64,000 nucleotides of DNA from the human T2T-CHM13v2.0 reference genome, Homo sapiens. Position numbers and translations under genes: made by a program. The DNA is taken from the NCBI RefSeq assembly GCF_009914755.1, contig NC_060935.1, one strand, 5' to 3'. A model generated the notes under the pieces. The model had not been told where the DNA came from and did not search any database. It saw only the letters and a program-made list of their open reading frames with translations. Shown here piece by piece: positions 1 to 12,422 of this stretch (positions are counted from its first letter, which is position 1; the number at the start of each line of letters is the position of its first letter).

Positions 1-2
1 AG

Positions 3-1694
3 CTGCTGAGGAAGTGTGAGCTCAAGGTGGTGGACCAGTACATGAATGAGGGAGACTGCCAGATCCTCATCCATCACATCGCCCGGGCCCTGCGGGAAGA
101 CCTGGTGGAGCGCATCCGCCAGTCACCTTGCCTCAGCGTCATCCTGGATGGGCAGAGCGACGACCTGCTGGCCGACACGGTGGCTGTCTATGTTCAGTAC
201 ACCAGCAGTGATGGGCCCCCGGCCACAGAGTTCCTGTCCCTGCAGGAGCTGGGATTCTCTAGCACAGAAAGCTATCTCCAGGCACTTGACCGGGCCTTCT
301 CGGCCTTGGGCATCCGGTTGCAGGATGAAAAGCCAACTGTTGGCTTGGGTGTAGACGGAGCCAACATCACAGCCAGCCTCCGTGCCAGCATGTTCATGAC
401 CATCCGCAAGACGCTGCCCTGGCTGCTGTGCCTGCCCTTCATGGTGCACCGGCCCCACCTGGAGATCCTGGATGCCATCAGCGGGAAGGAGCTCCCATGC
501 CTGGAGGAGCTGGAGAACAACCTGAAGCAGCTGCTGAGCTTCTACCGCTACTCACCGCGCCTCATGTGCGAGCTGCGGTCCACGGCGGCCACCCTTTGTG
601 AGGAGACAGAGTTCCTGGGCGATATCCGGGCAGTGCGGTGGATCATCGGCGAGCAGAACGTCCTCAACGCTCTCATCAAGGACTACCTGGAGGTGGTGGC
701 CCATCTCAAGGAGGTCAGCAGCCAGACCCAGCGGGCAGACGCCTCGGCCATCGCACTGGCCCTGCTGCAGTTCCTCATGGACTACCAGTCCATCAAGCTC
801 ATCTACTTCCTGCTGGACGTGATTGCTGTGCTCTCGCGTCTGGCCTACATCTTCCAGGGCGAGTACCTGCTGGTGTCCCAGGTGGATGACAAGATCGAGG
901 AGGCCATCCAGGAGATCAGCCGGCTGGCTGACTCCCCGGGAGAATACCTGCAGGAGTTCGAGGAGAATTTCCGAGAGAGCTTCAACGGGATCGCCATGAA
1001 GAACCTCAGGGTGGCTGAAGCCAAGTTCCAGTCCATCAGGGAGAAGATCTGCCAGAAGACCCAGGTCATCCTGGCTCAGAGGTTCGACTCCCGCAGCCGG
1101 ATCTTTGTGAAGGCCTGCCAGGTGTTTGACCTGGCTGCCTGGCCCAGGAGCAGTGAGGAGCTGATGAGCTATGGCAAGGAGGATATGGTGCAAATATTTG
1201 ATCACCTGGAGGCCATCCCGACCTTTTCCCGGGATGTCTGTAGGGAAGGGCTGGACCCCCGGGGTAGTCTGTTGATGGAGTGGCGAGAACTCAAGGCCGA
1301 TTACTACACCAAAAATGGCTTCAAAGACCTGATCAGCCACATTTGCAAGTACAAACAGAGGTTTCCACTCTTGAACAAGATCATCCAGGTTCTTAAAGTC
1401 CTCCCCACTTCCACCGCTTGCTGCGAGAAAGGCCGCAATGCCCTCCAGCGAGTTCGCAAAAACCACCGCTCCCGCCTGACCCTGGAGCAGCTTAGCGACC
1501 TGTTGACAATCGCTGTAAACGGACCGCCAATCACCAACTTTGATGCCAAGCGAGCCCTGGACAGCTGGTTTGAGGAGAAGTCTGGGAACAGTTACGCGCT
1601 GTCTGCAGAAGTCCTCAGTAGGATGTCTGCGCTGGAGCAGAAGCCAGCACTACAGACCATGGACCACGGGACGGAGTTTTACCCCGACATTTAG
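3..1694 (+). CDS. PRDM11: PRDM11 long-isoform terminal exon (5'-partial); hAT transposase-derived (ZNF862-like) RNase H core plus C-terminal hAT dimerisation domain
   Basis: Frame is open from base 3 (LLRKCELKVVDQ...) to TAG at 1692-1694; intronless and GC3-rich. Motifs SVILDGQSD, GLGVDGA, VRW and FPLLNKIIQVLKVLPTSTACCEKG...RSRLTLEQLSDLL match hAT transposase blocks. Gene identity comes from recognition and from its position tail-to-tail with SYT13. Confidence 0.9.
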   Translation: MLRKCELKVVDQYMNEGDCQILIHHIARALREDLVERIRQSPCLSVILDGQSDDLLADTVAVYVQYTSSDGPPATEFLSLQELGFSSTESYLQALDRAFSALGIRLQDEKPTVGLGVDGANITASLRASMFMTIRKTLPWLLCLPFMVHRPHLEILDAISGKELPCLEELENNLKQLLSFYRYSPRLMCELRSTAATLCEETEFLGDIRAVRWIIGEQNVLNALIKDYLEVVAHLKEVSSQTQRADASAIALALLQFLMDYQSIKLIYFLLDVIAVLSRLAYIFQGEYLLVSQVDDKIEEAIQEISRLADSPGEYLQEFEENFRESFNGIAMKNLRVAEAKFQSIREKICQKTQVILAQRFDSRSRIFVKACQVFDLAAWPRSSEELMSYGKEDMVQIFDHLEAIPTFSRDVCREGLDPRGSLLMEWRELKADYYTKNGFKDLISHICKYKQRFPLLNKIIQVLKVLPTSTACCEKGRNALQRVRKNHRSRLTLEQLSDLLTIAVNGPPITNFDAKRALDSWFEEKSGNSYALSAEVLSRMSALEQKPALQTMDHGTEFYPDI

Positions 1695-1759
1695 GGAGCT
1701 GGCGCTGCAGAGTTCACTAAGCTGTTGAATATTTTTTTAATCTATACTCATAAGCTTTG

Positions 1760-1818
1760 ATATATTATATAAATATATATTATATTATATTATATTATAT
1801 ATATATATATATATATAT
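1760..1818. repeat. (TA)n/(TATTA)n AT-rich microsatellite
   Basis: atatattatataaatatatattatattatattatattatatatatatata... Confidence 0.9.
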
Positions 1819-2992
1819 AAACTCACACTGAAAATTTTTAAAAACCAAGGTGACGCGTCCACCAGAAGCCACTGGGAGATTTCAGAAAGGAAAAATGTTG
1901 GAAACTGACTCTTGTCTACAAAATTTGGCAGCTGCAACATACATGGCAACTCATTTTCACTCACAGAAGCACGTGCTGGGGCCTCCTGTGTTCCCACCTT
2001 ACTGTCCACCAACAGCATAAGCTAAAATGACAGGTCTCTGTCATCACCTTTAGGTAGCTCATTTTGTTTATGTTTTCATTTGCGGGTGGCGGGGCTCTGG
2101 GTTTGGGTTTATGTTCTTGCCTTTTCTTTTTTCATTTGGTTTTATGATGGGAGGGAGCTCCTCAGCCTCCTCATTGACATTCTGGTCCGGCTGAATCAGA
2201 TCTCTGACTTAAGTCAGGGTGGGTTGTCTGTCTGCATTTGGGAGGCAGGGGGGTTGACCTTTCTCCCTCCCCACCTGACTTCAGCTTGAGATCTTTTTTT
2301 ATTCATTTCCTGATGAGGGTTCCTTCACTGTCCTACAAACAAAAGTGTCGGTCAAACTGTGACACTGCCACACCTCACCTCTGTTGCCTCGTCCATCCCT
2401 GGGTTGTGGATCCCTTCCTTCCAGCCCCCCCTGGAAACTCACAATATTACCCATTATACTGAAGGCAACATTGCCTCACCGCTGAGCTTGAAATCCTGGG
2501 GAAGGGAGAAGGGGTAAGCTTTTAGCATTCCTGTTTTTACGAGGTGGAGGATAAAACAATATAATTCCATTCCAATCCAGGGCTTTTGGGGAGATGAAGA
2601 GCCAAGAAGTCCAGACCCCAACAGGGGAGTGATTTTTGGCTAAAAAACAAGGAAAATGAAAAGTACATATTCGAGTTACATGGATTATTTATACTTTTTC
2701 TTTATAATCATATCATGTGTTGAGGGTATTTTTTTTCCTTTAATAATCAAGAAATGCCTGCTATAGTTCAGTGGCAGGTAGTGTCAATGCAAATTGTGCC
2801 CTAAGTTATGCATAACTCAAATGAGAGTCTGTAGAGATGTGGTCCTCCTTTTGCAACAAGGCTGATAACATGCTACATGGTCATAGGAAACTGGGGAATG
2901 TGTCTCTGCCTGTAAACTCTTCCTTTTTTGAACAGGGTAGAGATGTCCTAAAGAAATGGAGAAAAGAAGAGAGGACTCTCAAGGCATCAGCC

Positions 2993-3036
2993 TACACAGA
3001 CACACACACACACACAGACACACACACACACACACA
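2993..3036. repeat. (CA)n microsatellite with GA interruptions
   Basis: acacagacacacacacacacacagacacacacacacacaca. Confidence 0.9.
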
Positions 3037-6000
3037 ATCACAATATACAATATAAGCTTTAGAAATAGCCACTTGCCTATTCCCTGGGGCAAGTAGTGGT
3101 TTAAACTAGAGGAGTCTGATCAATGCTCTTTCATTCATTTAACTACCGGTATACCTCGCAAGGGAGTTTTAAAAAATGTGCGTGAGCTGTTAAAAACTTC
3201 TGTTCATGTTCCTACATCTGATTTATGCATATTTTATATGCAGAGATCCTATCACGTGGATGCAGGTCATTTTGGGGGAGGGAGGAAGATCTGAATTATA
3301 TACATGTGGTCAGTTCTGCTGAGAGCTTCATCTCTTGGTTGGCAGAGGGTGGTGTTATCTGGCCACAGGCAAGGCCCCAATGTCTTCAGCCTGCTTGGTT
3401 CAGACATTATAAAACTGTGGTGGCTTCCTTCCTTCTTGGTTTATGTTGTCTCTGAGGCCTCATGCCACCGTTGAGAACCATAGTGGAAATGTCATCAACA
3501 CTGAACATGTTATAGCCCTTTCTTGGTTCCACCAGTCCCTTCATCCCCTACCAATCCCTTCCCCTTCACCTCCATGGTCTTGGTGCTAAGATAACTTTAG
3601 AATCATTGCTGCTAGTCAATAGCTTTTCATTATATAAATATATTATATATATTATATATTATTTTTGAAATATTTTTGTTTGTTTTCAACAGTGATGTAG
3701 CATGTTAAAAAACAAAAAACAAAAAAAAATGGGTTCCTCCAACTGTCCCACTGCCAGGCCTCATATGCTGCCTTCTTCAACAAATCAATGCACCCCTGCC
3801 TGGTGACATCCACCCCACCTCCCAACCCAGTTGCACACATGCTTCCCTACCCTCCTCTGAGCAAGAAGACAGTTAGCAGGAACTAGCAAGGAAAGGCTGA
3901 AAGCCTCCTTCTGAGGCTTTGAGATTCCCAGCCCCATTCCACTTCCCCACTTTAAACTGATGTCTCCCTCCATCTGCTCCTCCCATCAGGGTCAAAACCT
4001 AACTGTGGTCAAATGGGATGCTGTTGCAAAGCACCAGGTCCCACCTGGCCCAGCCCCAGCCTTGGGACTTCCTCTCCCCTCACACACGCAAACTGCTGTG
4101 TCTGGGGAGTTTTCACTGAACATTGCAGAGACTAAGAAGGGTTGAGGGCAGAGATGGCTAGCAAGACAGGGCTTGGTGAGGGCAGAAACAGTAGGTTGAG
4201 ATCCTTTCTTCTAGCCAACAGTTGCCTTACACCTTACATTGGGTAATGGGTAGGGAGGAGCAGGCTAAGGCTCCCGCTCATTTGAAAACCAGGAAGAGAG
4301 AACCAGTGTCTTCCTGAGCACCTGGTCAGTTGGAGCTACTCTTTTTCCTCTCAAGAGATCATGGCCAAAATGAGCTAAAATCTTCAGCTAGAAGGGGAAA
4401 AGCTTATGGGCCAGTGCCAGTGCCTACCCTGTAGTTCCTGAGAAAGCTGAGAGCAGGTGACCCACTTCTGGCCTAGCAGAATGAGCTGCTATGCACAGCA
4501 TGCAGCTGCAGGGGTCACTTCCTGAGCTGGCCACCAGACCTCGGAAAAGCTAACCTCTCAGGTGGTCTTGAAGTTAGGTTAGGGCATCCCTAAAACTCTG
4601 GGTGCTTGTGGCTTCTGCTGAATTTAGCCATGCCAGGGCTGTGGCAGACACTCTGTAGGCCACACTGCCATGGGACAGGGAATAATTTGGGTGATACACC
4701 ACTGCAATTTACACGGGGTCTCTTCTCAGCTTGGATGCTCCCTGGGAGGCCCAGTGCTTCTGTCCTGTGAATTCTGCATGTGATTACCCATGATTTCTGT
4801 CATAGGCATTTCCCACTCTTCTGCTTGCTTGAGAAGGACTTGGACTGATGGGACACTCAGGGTCTAGCCCAGGGAGCATATGCTTGGCTAACCTAATCTC
4901 CCCTTGATGTGTATACAGAACTGTGGAAAAGCAGTTGGTGGATCCCAAATGTTGTTACTTCAGACAAGACAGAGCCCTTTAACTCAGCCTCTGGCTTAGG
5001 AGTGATGACTACAGGCTTAGAATGAAGTGTGTCTCTGGGGCTGAGACTTGGCATAACTGGGCTGGCTGATTAGTGACTTTCTTTGGCTCGTAGGGTTGGT
5101 GGGAAGTGAGATCAACCTTGAGGCCCAGGTTTGTGGCCAACTGTGCCAAGGTGATACCTGGCAGAGCCTGGGAGCCAGAGCCCTTATGATTAATATGATC
5201 TGCTTTTCCTTCATGGAGGACAAAGAAAAAATCCACTGCCATCTAGTATCTGTGAAACATGAGGACAGCGCAGTCAAGTCTGTAACTCTTGCCATGTCAG
5301 AATCCCCAAGTTTTGCCTGCCTGGTTGAATATGAGAGTCCAGGCATCAGAAACAGCAGCCTTATTTAATTTAATTTTTCTAATGACTGGCCTATGACACC
5401 TTGTGATGCTAGGCACATCCTCATTTCCCCATCCTCACTTGGGACTGAGAGCAGGCTCAAGTTCCAGGGTCCCTGGATGGCAAGGTTCAGTGCTGGGCCC
5501 TGGAATCTATGGCACTTGGGGGTCTCTGACCTCAGCCTCTGCCACATGTTTCCAAGTTGAGTTGTTTTGCTGAGGTGGTCCTCCCCTTGAGTTGCTTATG
5601 CCAACCCTTTAATTTAGGAAAAGTACCTTGTAATTACTTAAGGTAATGTTTAAATGTTTTCCATTCATTTGGAGGTGGTGCCAACAGGGGGGAAAGCATG
5701 CAGAAGGCTGGAAACAATAGCTGAGACCCTACTGTGGGCCCACAGCCCTGGCCCAGCCGGCACTGAGGGGCTGGTGCCATGTTACTTGATCACCTGGAGC
5801 CTGATGGGACCCAGGAGGTGGCCTGAGGGGTTGAAGTATAACTTCCCTCTTCTGGATCCCCCCTTTCATTTTCCTTCTACCCCCTCTAGGAATGGGAGTT
5901 CTAGACCTAGGTCTGCTTTTGGCTTTCAGTCTGGGTTGATTTCCAAGTCGAATTCATGCTTTTTCTTGGCCCATAGGTCCAATTTTGGCAGAAGGCATTG

Positions 6001-8605
6001 GACTTGTGCCCCCTCCCTGCTTCAAGAGGCAGATCTAGCCAGGCCAGGCTGAAACAGCTGAAACAGGCAGGCCAGTCCTCCTCAGACAAGAAAGGGGTTT
6101 TCAGAGGGCAGTGGTGTGCCCATTCCAGACACCAGTCTTCTGGGGAGGTGGTGCCGTGTCATGGGTTCTAGTCTGGCCTCTTCCTCAGTCCTCAGGAGGA
6201 CCCAAGAGACTGGCACGGCCCTTCTCCTGCTTGGAGGGAAACCCATCTCCCACTTGGTGGGGGCCCTTCTCTTGCCATCTGTTGGTTAGGGTGCTTGAGC
6301 TGAGTGGATGGTGCTGTGATATTTTTAAGGAGCCTTTCAGGCAATGTTTGCATGTTAGCCAGAGGGAGAAAAAGTGCCCTTTTGGGAGGAAAATGGTACG
6401 CCCCTCCACTTCCATCTGGCACTCCCTTCCCCCCCACCCCCTCAAGTGGTATCACCCTGGAAATACCTATGCAATCCAGTCTCCCTAGGAGAGAGTGCAT
6501 GGAAGCAGGGGTATGTGCAGTGTAGAATACAGATGCTACAGCATATATGTTGTATATATGGACATATACAGTACGTATACACACAGAGTAAGAGAGTAAA
6601 TCACGTCTATATATCTATAAATAATATCCTATATATTTATACATTTCTATGTTTTAAATAGATATAAAAATAGAGTCTATAGAGCTGGGAGAGCAGTGGG
6701 AAGCCTGGCGCTGTGCTGTGCAAAGGGGAAGGGAGCACGGCCTTCGGAGAGGGAGCCGGGGAAGGCCAGCAGGCAGGGTTGGCTGGCAAGGGGGCCTCCT
6801 ACCCGGAGTGTTGGAGAGGAGAGTGGCTGGGTCCCGGCTCGCTCCATGCACTTTCTCTCCTTTTCCACAGGCTTGGTCTGAGGTTGGAAGGAGATACCCC
6901 CTGAGCTCCAGCTGAGGTGCCCCCTACCTCTCCCCACCCCCACAGCCCACGCTTAGGCGGTCACTGCTGCTTGGCAGTAGGACGTGGTCTCTGACTCCTG
7001 GTGGAGGGACCACTGCACAAACTCCTTCAAAACCCTCCCCCACCAGGACTGAGCAGCGTCAGTGGCAATAGGAAAGGTCCAAACTGGATCAAGAGCTGGT
7101 CCAGGAAAGATACCGCCCCTGCCCTGTTAGATGCTTCTGCTGCCCCTAGAGGCCAAGCCCCTGAAGTGCAGCCGTCCTGGCCTCCCTCACTTGCTCAACC
7201 ACTGTCAGGAGGAGAGGATGTGGGCAGCATGAGCATCGCCAGGCAGCGCTGCCCACCATCCACAGGCTTTCTGGCCAGGGCAGGGGGCATCAGCTAGCAG
7301 GAAACGGTGGGAGAGACATATCTGCACACTCATAAATTCAATGGCTACTCCAGTCCAGAAGCAGGGCTTTGGCCCAGCCCGCTCCGCGCAGCAGCTGCTG
7401 CTGGCTGTACTCAGGACAACGCTGTTCCCCCTCCCTCACAGAGGCCCCGTGGCCCCTACCCCACTCCCGCCGTAACAGGCAGGTTTAGTTCACATACACT
7501 GTTCGCATTCTGTGACTTGAGGCAGAGGCTGAGCTGGGATACCCCAAGCTCATCCACTTTCGTTGGGGAGGGCCCCTCCCTGGGTTTATCACCAGCTCCT
7601 AGCCCGGGCCGGGCGGGGATGTCTGGGGGCCACGCGGGGGCACTGGTGCAAGCTGGCAGCATGACAGAGGGCTTGTGCAGCCCTGACGGGACCCAGAAGC
7701 CCATTTGCTCGCAGTTTCCTCTCTCTGTTTTTTTCCTCCTGGAGGTAGGAGAGAGGGCCTGACCAGGCACCAGATGATGGAGCAAGGGCAGCTGCATGCT
7801 CCCTCTCTCCAGACCAGCCTTCTGCTTTTGGGGTCCGAAGGGGCATTTGCTCCCATCCTGAGCCTCCTCTGCCCCTGTCTTGCTCTTCCCTACCATCCTA
7901 CAAGTACCTCAGTCTCCAGCAGGCCCACCCCTCCACCTGCAGCCCAGGGCGGGTCTGTTCTGCCAATGCCCACCTCCTTGAGCCACAGTTAGCTGCCAAC
8001 TGGGTCTTGGGACACCCTCCAGTACCTGGCTCAAGAGAGACCAGGCCGGGCCGAGCCTTCTTCCCACTGCAGTGGACTAGACCCACGGCCAGGGGATGGG
8101 CATCCCCAGGTAGCAATCCCACAATGCACTGTACCTCAGAGAGAGAGCACGCCAGGGGCACCAAGGGACCGAGCCCTCTGTCCAGAGGGGGACAGCGGTC
8201 ACAATACTGCTCACCAAAAGACAAAGGCCAGGCTGCCCTCGGGCACCTCTCAGTCTTCACTTTTGTCTCTCCGGAAGAACCAGCAGTCTGATTCCGTCTA
8301 TTTCAGCCCCCGTCTCTCTCTTCTCCACCCCCACGCTGCTGAACCATTTTCATGTCAATCACAAAGGAAAAATAAGTGGGGATGGGGGGAAATACCTAGG
8401 AGTCTATTATCACATACATATTAATATGTTAATACTTTCTTTAAAAAAAACCTCTTGATGTTATTATTTTGCAGACTACGCTTTATAGTACCTGTGTGAC
8501 GGGACCTAGAACACTGGATACAAATAGAGCTATGTTGGTTTATCATAATATGTACGCAGAAACTTTCTTTTTGTCATATTATCCTTGTAATGTAAGAAGA
8601 TTGTT

Positions 8606-8611
8606 AATAAA
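8606..8611 (+). terminator. polyadenylation signal of PRDM11
   Basis: AATAAA preceded by TGTA (CFIm-type) elements at ~8551 and 8586-8594 and a U-rich tract; a second AATAAA lies at 8881-8886. Confidence 0.7.
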
Positions 8612-9739
8612 AGCATTTAAATTTACTCACCACTGTTGAATTGCTGCCTCCTTGCCTCTATCCCCGGCCTGTGCTCTGGTTGACTCAGAACGGGCCCCAC
8701 CACAAGGGCTCAGGTGTCAGAATAGGAGCTTGCCTGCTGCCAGGTTGGAAGGAACTAGAAGAGGCCACTAGCCCCTTCTTGCTGCTCTCATTGTTCCCCC
8801 ATTAGAGTCTCTTTCCAGCAAGTAACCTACGTGCCTCGCCCACCAGGCAGGCCAAAAGAGGTGTGACCGAAACCGTTTAAAATAAATCTCTCTGCCCCCA
8901 TATGCATTCATCCCACAAGAATCTCCTGGAGGCAGCACACAAGGGCTGTTGCAGATAAACTGTTGTTCTCATTCTCCCTCAAGCTGTCTGGCATGGTTCT
9001 CTACTTGCAGACCTGTCCCTGGAGAAGGGTCTTTCCTCAATGGTTTGTCATTGGCACTGGTATAAGGGTGATGAGTGATGCTTTCCCCACATTGTTTTAC
9101 AAAAATTAGTATAAATCCAGTGAAGACACATAATATGTTTTAATTTTTTCCTCCTGAGCTGCTCGGTCCTCCTACTCCCAGTTTCCCTGCCCTGCCCATT
9201 TGTCTTCCTTTTAGGAGCCTTCCTAGTTCCTTTTTCTTAACCTCTGTCTTCTGCCATTTTCCTCCCAGCCCTTGAAGGCTTCCTTCCCGTGGTTGATCAC
9301 TCAGAGGCCTCCTGTTGTGAAAGCCACTCTACAGACCCATGGAACAGTCTAGTTTTCTTCTTCCCAGAGGAGGTGTAGGGAAAGAAGGAGCAAAGAGACA
9401 TAGCTGTCCACACCAAATCAGCCCAAGTGAACCAGGCTCAGGCCCGCCCCCATGCTGGGCTACACAGATTTGACCCACCTTTGCAGCAGTATCTGGAACA
9501 TGTTAATGATTTCATCACCAGGAAGCAAGGGAAGGAAAGACTCCCCATTTGCACTTCACCATGAAATTGGTCTCCCCAAAGTGGGGCTTGTAGGAAATGA
9601 TAAGGAGGTGAGGTCTATTCCATTCCCTTCCTCCCTCTTTTCCCCAGCTTCTCCTGTCCCTCCTTCCCCAAGATTCAAGGGCAAGTTGAGTCCAACCCAG
9701 AGAGGACTTAGGAGAATGACCAGCTGCCTGAAGACCTGA

Positions 9740-10105
9740 AAGGCTACCATGCAACAATTTCTAGAATGATCTTTTAAAACTTAGATTCAGTCATGGCATC
9801 TGCTCTGCCTAACACCTTCCACTGGTTTCCCATTACCCTTATAATTCAATCCAAACTCCTAATTATGACCCATCAGCCCCACACAGTGCAGCCCTGCCTA
9901 CCTCCCAGCCTCATCTTGTCCTCCCCTGCATTGGGCTCCAGCCACACTGCCTTCAACTCACTAAGCTCTTTTCTACCTCGGGATCCTCTGATGCCATGAG
10001 CCCCCTGCCTGGGATAGCTTTCCCAGATGGTTACATGACTGAACTCTTCTCCTCTTTTAGGTCTCATCTAAAATGCAGCCTCAAAGGGGTCTTTCCTGGC
10101 CAGCC
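9740..10105. mobile_element. L2 fragment
   Basis: L2-like text: ccactggtttcccattacccttataattcaatccaaactcct...ctccagccacactgcc...aggtctcatctaaaatg. Confidence 0.6.
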
Positions 10106-10122
10106 TATCTAAACTGTATAAT

Positions 10123-10126
<4 letters not shown>

Positions 10127-10200
<74 letters not shown>

Positions 10201-10221
10201 GAGAGATAGAGAAAGACAGAG
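10127..10221. repeat. compound (TG)n(AG)n microsatellite
   Basis: About 19 TG units followed by an AG/AGAC tract. Confidence 0.95.
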
Positions 10222-12013
10222 ATTGTTTTATGTCCGTCTTCCCCTTCCATATGGTAACACCCACAAGGGAAAAGCTACATAGTGGGCATTTAATCAGTGG
10301 GTATTGAAGGGGTGAATGAACTTAAGCCACTCCTGATAGAAGTGCAACTCCTGCAATGCTGTCTTGGTCACAGCTGAGGTCCTAGGTTCTTCCATGTTGC
10401 CTGTCTCTATCTTGGTTTCCTTCCTTGATCAGAAAGACCCTGCGCCTGACCTCTGGTTGCATCTAACCTTGACCCAGCCCCTACTCCACAAAGCTGGAGG
10501 TTGTTCCCATGGTACTCACTTGAGTTCCCCTCCATTCCAACTTGCTCTTGCCCCTTGGACAATGTTCTGCCCAATCCAGCCAGGTGCCTCCTAGTTCCTG
10601 TAGGAAAGAGAACTTTTCCAGTTCCTTCCAGCTTGGTGATTCTCAGAGTTCATGCTTCCAAGTAGCATTTTTAAGCTACTGCCTATGCATGTAAGTGATC
10701 TTCCAATAAAGACCCTGGGCTACTGGCTGTACCCCAGAGCCTAGACCTTTTAGGTTTAGACCGTCCCAGACTGAAATCCTCCTGTGCCTCTTTCAACCTA
10801 TGGGACCTTGGATGAGTCACTTATCCTATTCTATCTCTTCAGTGCTTAGCCCAGAGCCATGGTTTACTAGGTGCTGATTATCATTATCATCCTCATTGCG
10901 ACCGCTAAGATCAGGGTGAATGAGGTGCTAGGAAGCATCAAGGTTTCCTGCTGCCATCCTCTTTCATCCAGAATCCCTGGGGCTGCCTGGGGTGACTTTT
11001 AATACAGAGCCACTTACATCTTCAACTGGCGTGGATGCCTCTACCTAAATGGGAATCACCATTCCCCTCTCAGAGAGATCCTCAGGGCACCTTGTTCTGC
11101 TTCCTGCAGCTCATCTCACCTGGCCCCCGAGAAAGGGACTGCAGAGAGGTTCTGTTTGTTCTGGCTAGAAAAGCAGGTTCCTCCTTGCTTGTCCCTGGTT
11201 GTAATCCCTAGGTTTCTGAAACAGGATTTCTGCCATTGCTCACTTGCCAACAGGCTGTCCTGAAACACCAAGAAAGGGCACTGGGAAACTGAGCTGGGGA
11301 ACTATATGCCCTAGCATGGATAGGCTGCACTGACAGGAGACCAAACCTGGCTGGGGATGAGCGAGCACAGGGGCCAAATCACACAGTGGCCACCAGTAGC
11401 TCAGTTTCCATGGCAACGTCTGGCTTCTAGAGATGGAGGCGCCTATCTGGGAGAAAGTCTGGCTTCCTCCCATCCTCCTCCAAGGTAGGGGTCTTCTTCT
11501 CTGGCTTGAGGAAGCTGCTGAGGTCCCTGCCAGGGGCCATCTGTGCTGGCTCACCTGCAGGAGATGAGGAAGTGGAGCAAGGGGACAGTTCTCCAACACT
11601 TGGACTAAGAAAATGCCCAGCTCCCTAAATCCATCCACAGCCACATCCTGTGGCTTTATCCTTGCCAGGCGTCTGCCTCAGGAGGGAGACAGAACAGATG
11701 CTAGAGTTCAGAGCTCCTGAAATGGTGATGCTTCCAACTGGCTCTAAAAAAAAAAAAAATGAAACTCTTGGATGGAAAATTACCACCAGCTCCATTAGCA
11801 ATTAAGCAAATGAGAAGAGGCTGACTTGAAGCCTCAGGTGCCATTTCAGGTTGTCTAGAGGAGTGGGTAGCTGTCAGGAGGGAGTGTCAGGAGATACCGG
11901 GGGACATTGCCAGGCAGGCATGGGGCAGGGAGGGCAAGTACACATGTATGTAGGTTTAATTTGTTTTATGCACAAGATAGAAGGCTAAAGGTATGTGTAA
12001 AAAGTAAGTTGTT

Positions 12014-12313
12014 GGCTGGGTGTGGTGACTCACACCTGTAATCCAGTACTTTGGGAGGCCAAAGTGAGCAGATCGCCTGAGTCCAGGAGTTTGAGATCAG
12101 CCTGGGCAAAACGTAGCAAAATCCCATCTCTACAAAAAATACAAAAAATTAGCCGGGTGTGGTGGCATGTGCCTGTGGTCCCAGCTACTAAGGAGGCTAA
12201 GGTGGGAGGATTGCTTGAGCCTGGGAGGTCAAGGATGCAGTGAGCCTAGATTGTGCCACTGTACTCTGACCTGGGTGACAGAGCCAGACCTTGTCTAAAA
12301 AAGAAAAAAAAAA
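12014..12313 (+). mobile_element. Alu (AluJ-like), intergenic
   Basis: ggctgggtgtggtgactcacacctgtaatcc..., A-rich linker, ggaggattgcttgagcc (J diagnostic), poly(A) tail. Confidence 0.95.
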
Positions 12314-12422
12314 GCTGTTGACAGTCTAGGTCATAGAATCACAAAATGTTAAAGCTGGAAGGAGCCAAAGCTGTTGACAGTCTAGGTCATAGAATCACAA
12401 AATGTTAAAGCTGGAAGGAGCC
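12311..12422 (+). repeat. perfect 56-bp tandem duplication (12311-12366 = 12367-12422)
   Basis: aaagctgttgacagtctaggtcatagaatcacaaaatgttaaagctggaaggagcc occurs twice, back to back. Confidence 0.97.

Larger units (their letters stand above)
1695..8630 (+). other. PRDM11: PRDM11 long 3' UTR (~6.9 kb), largely free of interspersed repeats
   Basis: Follows the stop codon and ends shortly after AATAAA at 8606-8611; contains AU-rich blocks; no Alu or L1 seen. Confidence 0.7.

Noticed and set aside
552-1466. 304-aa minus-strand ORF (and other ORFs overlapping 1-1700)
   Set aside because: Antisense or alternate-frame shadow of the GC3-rich PRDM11 exon; no recognisable domain.
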